A DNA stretch of 64,000 nt from Candidatus Woesearchaeota archaeon (GCA_043803105.1 JAZDKJ010000006.1:288001-352000), one strand, 5' to 3'; positions 9,634 to 20,259 are shown, counted from the first letter of the stretch. Notes: generated from the sequence alone by a model not told the origin. Numbers and translations are program-made.

Positions 9634-11040
9634 TCAGACATCAAGAACTATCTTATCTGTTATCTCTCCAGGCTTTCCGCCCTGGAAGTTCATGAAACCC
9701 TTATGTAAAGAAAAATCTGGAAACATGAATTTCTTTGTCGCTTTCTTTCCAATAAATTCCTGCATAGCCTCACGTATAGGCTGGTAATTTGATAAAGTAC
9801 CTGCTTTGGTATTTGCAACTATATCCACCTGTTCACTATATAATTCCTTTAGTTTTGGTAGGAACTCCTTGAGTACCTGATAAGCTATATTCTTTGTGAA
9901 TTCAGGGCATTGGACAGAATCTATAAGAAGGCTTCTTCGTTGTTCATGCAGGACGTCAAAGTCCTTGTCACTTTCCACTATGTATATGTTTCCGACATAT
10001 TTTTCGTCTGCATAAATCTTGAAGTTGTGGCAATTTGCCTGATAAAATGGCAGTGGTTTATCTCGCGTGCAATCCCTTGATACTTGGCCTGCCTTGAAGT
10101 CTATTTCCGGATTGTATTCAGGGTCTATTCTGTATTTCGTGGTTTTTTCTACTGAGTTTATCGCTGGTGTCAGCACTTTGGTCAGACTCTCACAACCTTT
10201 GGCTAATTCAGTATAAGCTCGGTAGGAGGGGACGAAGTAATCTGCAACGTTCGAGAGTTCAATCATCATCTGCTCATCTTCCTCTCTTATCTTGTTCAAT
10301 TGCCGCACTATTCTACGTGTCTTGGTCTTGGATGCAGTTTTCAACTGGCTTGCCAGCTCTATCTCTAGATTATGTAGGGGAAGTTCCTTGCGCTTGATGT
10401 TCCGAAGCTTTTGTCCTATTTCTGAAATGCTCAATACCTTGAGCCTGTCTGCTATTTCATCATAGCCGTATTCGTCTGCAATGTATCTTAGCAATTTTCC
10501 CCTGAAGAAAGGGGTTCCCATCTCCTCCTCAATTCTTTTGTGATATGTTTCAACCAAGAAATCCTTGTCTTCTGTTATGCTTTTTATTATTGATGCAAGC
10601 TTGTATACTTCCTTGAAATCTGCACTTATTCTTTCACCCATCTCATCGAGTGGCTTTGCTTTTGACAACAAAAGGTAACGGTCATTAGATAATTGGGTTA
10701 ACATTCCTGTCAGCTTGTGTACGTGGCAGAATAGATTTTCATCAACACAACCAAACACACTTGAGAGCTGCCGATTCGTCCCATCATCCAGTATGTATTC
10801 GCCTCTCCAGTCAGCACCAAATGCCTTTGTCAGCTCTGCCCGGCCAAGGTTATCCCAGTCGCAATACAGCCAGTTATTGTATCCCCTTGCTTTAAACATG
10901 TCCTCCCTGTCTAATCTGTCACGGACAGCCAATATTCTTGTGACCATGGTTTCCAGTGAGTCATCTGCCAATTCCTGTTCCCGCCATTTTAGCTCGCAGT
11001 CTATGACAGGGACAATTCTATGACCTTTTGCCTTTTCCAT
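9634..11040 (-). CDS. Hypothetical protein (coiled-coil middle, possible GNAT-like C-terminus)
   Basis: 468-aa ORF, TATA upstream. Confidence 0.7.
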   Translation of the reverse strand: MEKAKGHRIVPVIDCELKWREQELADDSLETMVTRILAVRDRLDREDMFKARGYNNWLYCDWDNLGRAELTKAFGADWRGEYILDDGTNRQLSSVFGCVDENLFCHVHKLTGMLTQLSNDRYLLLSKAKPLDEMGERISADFKEVYKLASIIKSITEDKDFLVETYHKRIEEEMGTPFFRGKLLRYIADEYGYDEIADRLKVLSISEIGQKLRNIKRKELPLHNLEIELASQLKTASKTKTRRIVRQLNKIREEDEQMMIELSNVADYFVPSYRAYTELAKGCESLTKVLTPAINSVEKTTKYRIDPEYNPEIDFKAGQVSRDCTRDKPLPFYQANCHNFKIYADEKYVGNIYIVESDKDFDVLHEQRRSLLIDSVQCPEFTKNIAYQVLKEFLPKLKELYSEQVDIVANTKAGTLSNYQPIREAMQEFIGKKATKKFMFPDFSLHKGFMNFQGGKPGEITDKIVLDV

Positions 11041-11186
11041 GGAGCAATTCCCTTTGAATACCTCTATATAAATCTTTCCTTTTGTAATTACTATAAAGAG
11101 ACGACAATAACTCGCTCTTTAACTGTCCTCCAGAATAGCATTAACCTATACGCCTGATACGCTTCTCCCGCATTTCTCTAGATGAC

Positions 11187-11241
11187 AAAAAAAAGAAAAA
11201 GGGTTCGCGGAACATGGTTAACGAACCTGACCAAGTCTTCA
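11187..11241 (-). ncRNA. Putative small antisense RNA 1, complementary to D-loop and variable arm of the tRNA(GAA) at 11357
   Basis: GGAACATGGTTAAC (11209-22 = 11368-81) and TGACCAAGTCTTCA (11228-41 = 11407-20); minus-strand TATA at 11264-72; U-tract terminator. Confidence 0.75.
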
Positions 11242-11356
11242 AATGGTTTTATTTTAATTATTCTATATAAAACTTTCTCCAATCCGTGCGAAACTTTTCC
11301 GAAAATTTTTGGCAAAAGTATAATACAGTCTTGTTTTGATGATTTAACCGTGCGAA

Positions 11357-11510
11357 GCCGGGTTGCAGGAACATGGTTAACTGACTCTGCTGAAAACAGA
11401 GAGACTTGACCAAGTCTTCAGGTGTCAGAGACAAAGTCTCTGAGCATGCTCAGAAATTCAATGAATTTCTGACAGTTCAAAACTTAACAGGGAGAATCCC
11501 TGGCCCGGCG
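11357..11510 (+). tRNA. Atypical tRNA(GAA) with long variable arm and G73; 52-bp palindromic insertion in T-stem and 15-nt T-loop intron
   Basis: GCCGGGT/GCCCGGC acceptor; CTCTG-CTGAAAA-CAGAG; AGACTT-GACC-AAGTCT variable arm; CAGG(G)TTCAAA..TCCCTG. Confidence 0.75.
11423..11474. repeat. 52-bp compound palindrome (MITE/REP-like) inside the tRNA T-stem
   Basis: TGTCAGA...TCTGACA termini, central CTGAGCATGCTCAG, internal hairpins. Confidence 0.7.
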
Positions 11511-11516
11511 CAAAAT

Positions 11517-12248
11517 TCAGCGCGGATGTTTAAGCATTTCGTTAAATCTGTTCAGCGATTCTGCATAAGCGTCATGATACTCACTGGGTGTTTGTGCCTT
11601 ATGCTCGAAAACGATTATCACATCCTCAGGTATTTTCTTCACGAATGGTTCAGTTATTTTTGTTCCGATTACCATGTGTCTTTTTGTTCCATCAAAATCT
11701 GATAAATGAATCACCTTGATATGTTTGCCAATTTCCTTCAAGAAATCATCGATATTAAGTCCGCTCTCAAGGGCATGGCAGGTGTCAAAACACAAGTTTA
11801 TGCCTGAGTTTAGTACCATACCAATCTCTTTCACGCCCATTTTGAAGTTAGTTTCTGCTGCATTTTCCACAATGATAGAGTCACTTGAGGTCTGCATTTT
11901 TATTAGTTCAACGATGGATACTAGATTATCATGATCTTTTGGATGTATGATGAGGTATTTAGAACTCAATATTTCTTTTACTTCCAGGTACACAGCAAGA
12001 GTGTTGATTGATTCATTCTTAGCGGTCGGGAGCCATCCGTGAACAACTGGAAAGTCAAGCTTATACCTTGCAGCATTTTCTTTCATCTGTCGAGCCTTAT
12101 CTGGAAAAGAATTGTCTAGAGATGGATTCTGCTCGTTAATGCCATAATGAACGAAACTGAATTGTGCGTGCTTGAAACCAATAGAACTTATTTGGCTAAA
12201 TAACAATCCTAATTCAATATTCTTTGTGAGATTGGCACAGACTATCAT
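11517..12248 (-). CDS. Sugar phosphate isomerase/epimerase (xylose isomerase-like TIM barrel)
   Basis: VEN, CFDTCH, IHLSD..G..RHM..G, VFEH motifs. Confidence 0.75.
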   Translation of the reverse strand: MIVCANLTKNIELGLLFSQISSIGFKHAQFSFVHYGINEQNPSLDNSFPDKARQMKENAARYKLDFPVVHGWLPTAKNESINTLAVYLEVKEILSSKYLIIHPKDHDNLVSIVELIKMQTSSDSIIVENAAETNFKMGVKEIGMVLNSGINLCFDTCHALESGLNIDDFLKEIGKHIKVIHLSDFDGTKRHMVIGTKITEPFVKKIPEDVIIVFEHKAQTPSEYHDAYAESLNRFNEMLKHPR

Positions 12249-12334
12249 TTGTAAAGCAATAGATATGGTAGTTTATATGCCTTTTTGCCAAAATCCCCAA
12301 AGCTTTATAATTCTCAAACGAACAATATGATGTT

Positions 12335-13180
12335 ATGAAGGATTTAACTCGCCGCGAATTCGGGCATCTTTGTTTACAGGCTGCAGCGGTAATGGCTCTT
12401 CCTTCTGAACTTGAAGCAATAACCAAAGAAGAATCGAAGTACTTTCCGTTGGCTAAAGGCAACACATGGACTTATGTAAGGAATCTCTTAAGGCCACAAG
12501 AGGTTTCGAGTTACTATGAAGCAACTGTGTTATCTCAAGGGGAAGGCGACGCTCCTGCAGGGTCAAATGTGTTTTGGGTCGAACATTTGTCATCTGAAGC
12601 CAAGAAAACCTCAACTGAAACATATACAATCACAGGTCTGAAGCGCGAAGGGTTTGAGGTTGAGCGCTCAGCAGCTGATGTGCGCGACGGCAGGTATGAC
12701 ATAACTTCAGATCTTGACACCTTCCCAAAAGTCTTCTGGACGTATTATAATGCTTGTGTGAAGGAAAGTTATACTGAGGGCAGCAAAAAGGCAGGCCATA
12801 GGAACATCTGGAGGTTCACCGCAGTTCTAGACCCAGGCACCATAGTCGGGCGCCATAAGAATCCTCGATGGCATGTTGCAGCAATTGAATACGACAAGTC
12901 AATAACCGTTCCGGCAGGAAGATTCGGCAACATCTTGAAGAACGTAACTCTAGTCTTTGGAACGAATATTGCGGATGTCATCTTTAAGGACGCAAAGCCA
13001 ATTTACCAGAAGGATAGGCGTGCTGACAATTGTTTCATGACCGTGGTATATTATGCTCCAAAGGTTGGCCTCGTAAAGGAGGTCCAGTACAATCGGGAGG
13101 GAAAAGAGACGTACACCTTGGAGCTGCAATCATTTAACGTAAAGAACTTCTTGAAACAGACCATTTTCGCAAAAATTTAA
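12335..13180 (+). CDS. Tat-signal secreted beta-rich protein (DUF3108-like)
   Basis: TRREF twin-arginine signal; YFPLAKGNTWTY, ITVPAGRF, YYAPKVGLVKE. Confidence 0.7.
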   Translation: MKDLTRREFGHLCLQAAAVMALPSELEAITKEESKYFPLAKGNTWTYVRNLLRPQEVSSYYEATVLSQGEGDAPAGSNVFWVEHLSSEAKKTSTETYTITGLKREGFEVERSAADVRDGRYDITSDLDTFPKVFWTYYNACVKESYTEGSKKAGHRNIWRFTAVLDPGTIVGRHKNPRWHVAAIEYDKSITVPAGRFGNILKNVTLVFGTNIADVIFKDAKPIYQKDRRADNCFMTVVYYAPKVGLVKEVQYNREGKETYTLELQSFNVKNFLKQTIFAKI

Positions 13181-13206
13181 ATATCTCTTTGACAGACTAC
13201 GCTTCT

Positions 13207-13788
13207 ATGTCAAACAGGCTTGCCATCAATATTGTCCTTCTTCCTTCTCCCGAGATGACCAGAAAATGTATCTACCTAAACAGGAAGCTGCCTGACAGAG
13301 ATATTGTTCTAGATGCGCAAAGCTGCATTCCTCACCTGTCACTTTGCATGGCAGGTATTGAGGCAGGGAATCTTTCCAAAGTCTCAGCTGTGCTTGACCA
13401 ACTGAAAGTTAAACCGCTTAGCCTGGAATCCAATGGTTTACAGGCATACCCTGTGCCAAAAGCAAAGCCTTTTTGCGGGCTCTACATAACAAAAACCCCA
13501 GAGCTCACCAAATTGCAAGAACAGGTCATAGACATCATAAAGCCATTTGCCGTAAAAGTTGGTGTTGCTGACTTTATAGATGGGCCAAAGCCCCTTGATG
13601 CTGTTTGGGTAAGTAACTATGTGAAGAACGCATCCAGTGGCAAATTTAATCCCCATATAACCATTGGCTTGGGAAAGTTTGAGCAATTATCCTCTCCAAT
13701 AAGTTTCGAAGCAACCAAGCTTGCTATCTGCCATCTTGGAAAGTTTTGCACTTGCAGAAAATTGCTCCATGAGGTTCAACTAAAGTGA
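13207..13788 (+). CDS. 2H phosphoesterase (2'-5' RNA ligase family)
   Basis: Two HxS/T motifs: PHLSL, PHITI. Confidence 0.85.
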   Translation: MSNRLAINIVLLPSPEMTRKCIYLNRKLPDRDIVLDAQSCIPHLSLCMAGIEAGNLSKVSAVLDQLKVKPLSLESNGLQAYPVPKAKPFCGLYITKTPELTKLQEQVIDIIKPFAVKVGVADFIDGPKPLDAVWVSNYVKNASSGKFNPHITIGLGKFEQLSSPISFEATKLAICHLGKFCTCRKLLHEVQLK

Positions 13789-14144
13789 TAATCAAGAAAG
13801 CACATAAGGCGATTATTTCAGCAGACGGCTGCATTTTAAAAGAGCTCCTGACAAAGAAAGATAAAGCCAAGTACAGTGTTGCCCTTGCCAAGCTTGCTCC
13901 CAATAAGTCAAGCAAGCCTCACAAACTAAAGAGCTCTGAAGCCTATTTTATAATCAAAGGAACAGGGATCATGCATATCGGCAAAGAGTCAAGGAGAGTA
14001 ACACAAAATCAGTTGATTTATATCCAGCCAAATTCTTTGCAGTATATCAAGAACATAGGGAAAACAGACCTCATCTTTCTTTGCATCGTCAGTCCGCCTT
14101 GGAAGAAGTCCGATGAGGTAGTTTTCAGAGGTAAATCGGTTTGA
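13785..14144 (+). CDS. Cupin domain protein
   Basis: HKLKSSEAYFIIKGTG...FLCIVSPPW. Confidence 0.85.
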   Translation: MIIKKAHKAIISADGCILKELLTKKDKAKYSVALAKLAPNKSSKPHKLKSSEAYFIIKGTGIMHIGKESRRVTQNQLIYIQPNSLQYIKNIGKTDLIFLCIVSPPWKKSDEVVFRGKSV

Positions 14145-14191
14145 CTTTTGCTCGACTTATAAATCTATGACTTCTCTCAACTCTGAACTGG

Positions 14192-14617
14192 CTAAGAAAT
14201 GCGCGCACGTATTCTATTGATGCGTTTCCTTTTGACTATCTCTCGCAATGCCCACGCAGCCATCTCGATGCTCGTGAGTAACTCTTCTGCTCCGGTTCTC
14301 ACCTTTGGAAAGAACTCACGGACATCCTTATCTGCAAAGTATTGGTCGATGGATTTTATGGTCTTAGTCCTTGTATCCTCGCCCTTGCCGTACATCTGGC
14401 CAGGGTGAAAAAGCTCAATTTGTTTTCCAAGAAAGTACTGCCATTCATCTATCTCTTTGCAATCTAGCACTGAATCAATGCTGTCACGGATTCTTCTGTT
14501 TGGCATGAGTGCATCCCTTGCTTTGAAAATATCCTCTGCAATCAGATATCTTGGAAATTCTGTGTGCCTTTCATCAGTTAGCTGTCCGACCTTGACAAGA
14601 GCTGCATAGTATCCCAT
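14192..14617 (-). CDS. Hypothetical protein
   Basis: ORF with TTTAAATA upstream. Confidence 0.55.
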   Translation of the reverse strand: MGYYAALVKVGQLTDERHTEFPRYLIAEDIFKARDALMPNRRIRDSIDSVLDCKEIDEWQYFLGKQIELFHPGQMYGKGEDTRTKTIKSIDQYFADKDVREFFPKVRTGAEELLTSIEMAAWALREIVKRKRINRIRARIS

Positions 14618-14693
14618 CTTCAAGGGAATCTCACTGTATTATTTAAACATTGATAGGAAAACCTTTTTATTGCCTGCCTTGTTCCGCAACCTC

Positions 14694-15188
14694 ATGCCTG
14701 GGAAAAGCATTGTGCTGATAGATGGTCTTGATTGCTATATAGAAAGTTTGTCTATCTGCATTGAGGATCTTGGTTATGTGGCTAGACCCCTTATCCTTGA
14801 CCTGGAAAAGAATGTTGTGGGCCAAGCCAGAGACTTCTTTACCAAACTTGACAGGTTTTCTATAGAAAAGGTTATTCTCTCAGAGCTGAGGAGAGAGTAC
14901 TTGCCTCACATTAATGAAAATGCAACCAGGCAGGAGGTGCAGGCAGAAATATGCAGATATCAGTCCATTGAGGACGCTAACTATGGGCAGACATTGAGCG
15001 TTCTGGTGTGGTTGAAATCAAACTCTTTCAAGGATATTTCAATGGTTCTTCCGAGTTTGCAGGCAGCTCAGCACGAGATATTGACTTTGTATCGGCAGCA
15101 TGGGGCAAGCAGGATTTTAGAAAAGGTCGCAGATTGTGATAAAACCTTGGCCGCGATTCTTCATGGCTCGCCACAATTCCCTTCGTGA
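14694..15188 (+). CDS. Degenerate response-regulator receiver-like protein
   Basis: SIVLIDG...LGY...GASRILEK pattern. Confidence 0.45.
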   Translation: MPGKSIVLIDGLDCYIESLSICIEDLGYVARPLILDLEKNVVGQARDFFTKLDRFSIEKVILSELRREYLPHINENATRQEVQAEICRYQSIEDANYGQTLSVLVWLKSNSFKDISMVLPSLQAAQHEILTLYRQHGASRILEKVADCDKTLAAILHGSPQFPS

Positions 15189-15258
15189 CCACAATCACTG
15201 CACGAATTCTTCTCTTTGTACCAAATCTTTTTAAGCTTTGCAGGATTTTTTATCTCCC

Positions 15259-15732
15259 ATGTCAAGGACTCTTCTCTACATTGAGGATGATGAATCTCTG
15301 GTTAGGATGTGGAGGTCTGTCCTGCAGGCTTATGGCCATGGAACAGAGGAGCCAAAAGAGCCGCTTGACGACTCTAATCTGAACCAGACAATTGATATGG
15401 TCATTGTCCATGACCTTAAGAATGCTGCTGGTTGGTACAGTGGTCCTGTAATCCCTGAATCAGATTTTCAGAAGGCAAAACAACTTGTGAGGCAGGAGGA
15501 ACTTAAGCCCTATGCCTTAAGCATTCTTGTCATCTACACCTTCAGGCACTTTTTTCAATACACCAATCCGATTTGTGTCTTGGTTGATGATTTATCCTTT
15601 GCCCCAAAGGCTCTTGTGCCAGCATATCAAAGTCTTGGCGCAAATTTTGTGCTGGAAAAGCCTTTGTCTGTCATGGACTTTGTGAGGGATACCCTGCCGT
15701 TTCTCTATGATAAGCCCCTGGCTTCATCGTAG
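15259..15732 (+). CDS. Atypical response-regulator receiver (CheY-like) protein
   Basis: TLLYIEDD...AYGH...IDMVIVHD...LGANFVLEKP. Confidence 0.65.
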   Translation: MSRTLLYIEDDESLVRMWRSVLQAYGHGTEEPKEPLDDSNLNQTIDMVIVHDLKNAAGWYSGPVIPESDFQKAKQLVRQEELKPYALSILVIYTFRHFFQYTNPICVLVDDLSFAPKALVPAYQSLGANFVLEKPLSVMDFVRDTLPFLYDKPLASS

Positions 15733-15769
15733 AAATTCTTATAAACAATTTGCATTTCTTCTCTCTCAA

Positions 15770-15841
15770 GGGCACGTAGCTCAGTAGCAGAGCGTTCCCC
15801 TCGCACGGGAAAGGCCGCGAGTGCGACTCTCGCCGTGTCCA
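15770..15841 (+). tRNA. tRNA-Ala(CGC)
   Basis: GGGCACG/CGTGTCC with G3:U70; TTCCC-CTCGCAC-GGGAA; T-loop TGCGACT. Confidence 0.88.
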
Positions 15842-15953
15842 GTCACTTTGAATCGGTTGGACGAGTTCGTTTTCCCAGGTTCGCCCGAGCTTAAGCGAGC
15901 GGCGTGCCAGAAAACTGATGGTTTTCTGAGCATTTGCATATTGCAAAAAGCTG

Positions 15954-16056
15954 CGCGAGTGCGACTCTCGCCGTGTCCAGTTCTGCTAAAAGCGTGGTCG
16001 TTTTTCCCAGGTTTTTGCGTATCGCAAAAAGCTGTTCCGGCTCTCGCCGTGTCCAC
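15954..16056 (+). repeat. Two extra copies of the tRNA-Ala(CGC) 3' end (att-like scars)
   Basis: CGCGAGTGCGACTCTCGCCGTGTCCAGT at 15954; CTCTCGCCGTGTCCA at ~16042; spacers share TTTTCCCAGGTT and GCAAAAAGCTG. Confidence 0.85.
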
Positions 16057-16068
16057 TCTTTGACAATT

Positions 16069-16112
16069 AAAAAAAAAGAAAAAGCTCGCACAATCAGGCT
16101 GGGTTCGCGTCC
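16069..16112 (-). ncRNA. Putative small antisense RNA 2, complementary to D-arm and variable arm of the tRNA(GAA) at 16225
   Basis: GCTCGCACAATCAGG vs GCTCGCATAATCAGG; TGGGTTCGCGTCC vs TGGATTCGCGTCC; TATA at 16135-43; same U-tract as RNA 1. Confidence 0.75.
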
Positions 16113-16224
16113 GGTTGTATTGAAAATATTCAAATATATAAAACTTGCCTCGGATTTTCCGGAAAATCAGCTATATTTTGTCAGTCAACAATAAGAACCA
16201 AGTGATACCGAATATAGACGCGAA

Positions 16225-16323
16225 GCCGGGCTCGCATAATCAGGTATTGCGTCTGCCTGAAGAGCAGATGGATTCGCGTCCATCAGGGTTCAAATTCTCA
16301 TCATGAGAATCCCTGGCCCGGCG
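16225..16323 (+). tRNA. Atypical tRNA(GAA) with Ser-like long variable arm, G73 and 15-nt BHB intron at 59/60 (16295-16309)
   Basis: GCCGGGC/GCCCGGC; TCTGC-CTGAAGA-GCAGA; TGGA-TTCGCG-TCCA; A15:U48; CAGGG/CCCTG; BHB TTCA/TGAG with AAT bulges; 84-nt mature. Confidence 0.85.
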
Positions 16324-16395
16324 CAAATCAACAAGATTTTCTGCCAGGGTCCGGCCTTTACTCAGGTGTATGTCTAGCTTCCTGTTGTTAGAATT

Positions 16396-16704
16396 CTATT
16401 GTCTGCAGCCAGAGCAGAGTGCAGCCTCTTTGCTGCTTTGCGACATTATCTTTGTGTCTGGCCCTTTCCTCAGCAATGATTCTGTCAACCTTTGAAGCGG
16501 GTCAAACTGCTGATGAACACTGTCTGGCAGAATGTTGGGGCTTGGTAATTGACTGTAATTATCATACATCCTTAAAAGTCCTGGAAGGCCACCATACAGT
16601 GGAATGCCCATTGCATAATCCTTTTTTTCTGGAGGAAGAAACGGAATACTCAGTGCATAATCCTGCTCCTGCTTTCGTTCCGGTACATTATATCCTACTT
16701 CCAT
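16396..16704 (-). CDS. Hypothetical protein
   Basis: 102-aa ORF with TTTAAA upstream. Confidence 0.45.
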   Translation of the reverse strand: MEVGYNVPERKQEQDYALSIPFLPPEKKDYAMGIPLYGGLPGLLRMYDNYSQLPSPNILPDSVHQQFDPLQRLTESLLRKGPDTKIMSQSSKEAALCSGCRQ

Positions 16705-16739
16705 AATACTAAGAATTCCTTTATTCTTTAAATTCCTTT

Positions 16740-19163
<2,424 letters not shown>

Positions 19164-19348
19164 CTAAAAAATAGGACTTTTTCCGTCTGGAATAAACCCC
19201 TGCATATTTAAATACCTTTCGTTTTTGGAATGCCTTTATAGCGTCTAGCAAGCCCGAATTTGGGCTTTGTAGCCGGTGCAATATTTTCCAGTAAAACTAA
19301 TTAATTTCCATATAGAAAAAAAATTGTTCACTTCACCTTTATCCCAAG

Positions 19349-19377
19349 CACTGGACATCCTTGTGTGGGACTTTTAA
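19349..19377 (+). promoter_or_regulatory. CAYTGGACA-N15-TTTAA motif, copy 1 (others at 38036 and 40831)
   Basis: TGGAC to TTTAA distance is 21 bp in all three. Confidence 0.6.
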
Positions 19378-19396
19378 ACCGAAGGATTTCCGTTTA

Positions 19397-20194
19397 ATGC
19401 AGATGATAGAAAACAGTTTTCTTTTCCTGGAGAGAATAAGTGAAGAGCTCGAGAAAAAGTTCTGGCGGCAGGGTATTTGCAGTTGGCATGATTTTCTTCA
19501 GGCAGACAAGATTCTTGGATTGTCAAGCCACAGAAAATTGTACTATGACCGCAGGTTAAAGGAGGCGCAACTGGCGTTGTATAGCCAGGATGCAAACTTT
19601 TTCATTGGCAAACTTCCTGCCTGCGAAAACTGGCGCCTTTACAGGTTCTTTTCAGATGAAGCAGTCTTTCTTGATATCGAGACTGCTGGTCTTGACAGGA
19701 ATGATGCAGTGACTGTTGTTGGCATCTTTGATGGTATCACCACAAAAACCATGATTCGCGGCATCAATCTTGATCCTAAAGCCCTTGCAAGAGAGCTGCA
19801 GAAATACAAGCTCCTTGTGACTTTTAACGGCTCTTCATTTGACATTCCTTTTCTGAAACGCCAGTTCCCTAGCCTGTTGCCCAACATTCCTCATATTGAT
19901 TTGCGCGTCTTGTGCCAAAGAATTGGTTTGTCTGGAGGCCTAAAAAACATAGAAAAGAGGTTTGACATCAAGAGAAACATTATAATTGAGCGTTTATACG
20001 GTGGTGATGCCCTGCGATTGTGGAGGATGTTTCGCGCAAGCAATGATGAGCATTATCTCAAACTCCTTGTAGAATACAATGAGGAGGATATTATCAACCT
20101 GAAGATTATTGCTGATTATGCCTCACGAAAGCTTGAGAAAGATTTGCGGGATCAGTATTTTGTAAGAAAGTTGGTAGACGCAACAACTCCTTAA
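19397..20194 (+). CDS. RNase H-like (YprB/RNase_H_2) exonuclease
   Basis: FLDIET, TFNGSSFDIPFL, GGLKNIEK, YNEED. Confidence 0.88.
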   Translation: MQMIENSFLFLERISEELEKKFWRQGICSWHDFLQADKILGLSSHRKLYYDRRLKEAQLALYSQDANFFIGKLPACENWRLYRFFSDEAVFLDIETAGLDRNDAVTVVGIFDGITTKTMIRGINLDPKALARELQKYKLLVTFNGSSFDIPFLKRQFPSLLPNIPHIDLRVLCQRIGLSGGLKNIEKRFDIKRNIIIERLYGGDALRLWRMFRASNDEHYLKLLVEYNEEDIINLKIIADYASRKLEKDLRDQYFVRKLVDATTP

Positions 20195-20259
20195 CCATGA
20201 AATCATTATTTCTTGTCTTCCTTTGTTATGAGATTGATCAGTGCGCAGTAATCCTTTAA

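Larger units (their letters stand above)
3556..11175 (+). repeat. Six ~38-bp direct repeats (3556, 4179, 6926, 8188, 9554, 11138), consensus CCGCATCCAACTATACGGTTGCTGCGCTTCTCCCGCATT, separating gene cassettes
   Basis: Aligned by eye; 3' part CTTCTCCCGCATT equals the tRNA-Leu 3' end (2511-2523). Confidence 0.9.

Noticed and set aside
3556-11175. Repeats as a CRISPR array
   Set aside because: Spacers are 0.6-2.7 kb and contain whole genes; no cas genes in the window
3556-11175. Repeats as canonical attC or dif sites
   Set aside because: Too short for attC, no GTTRRRY end, no 11-6-11 dif symmetry; no intI or xer gene seen
11182-11702. Short + strand ORFs (75 and 98 aa)
   Set aside because: Overlap the RNA module; the repeated GTWLT peptide just reflects the duplicated D-loop sequence
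15671-16194. Several overlapping short ORFs
   Set aside because: Shadows of tRNA-Ala, its repeats and the antisense element
16225-16323. Reading as tRNA-Ser(TGA) or tRNA-Sec
   Set aside because: The 5-bp stem fixes the loop as CTGAAGA (anticodon GAA); no TCA anticodon or extended acceptor stem
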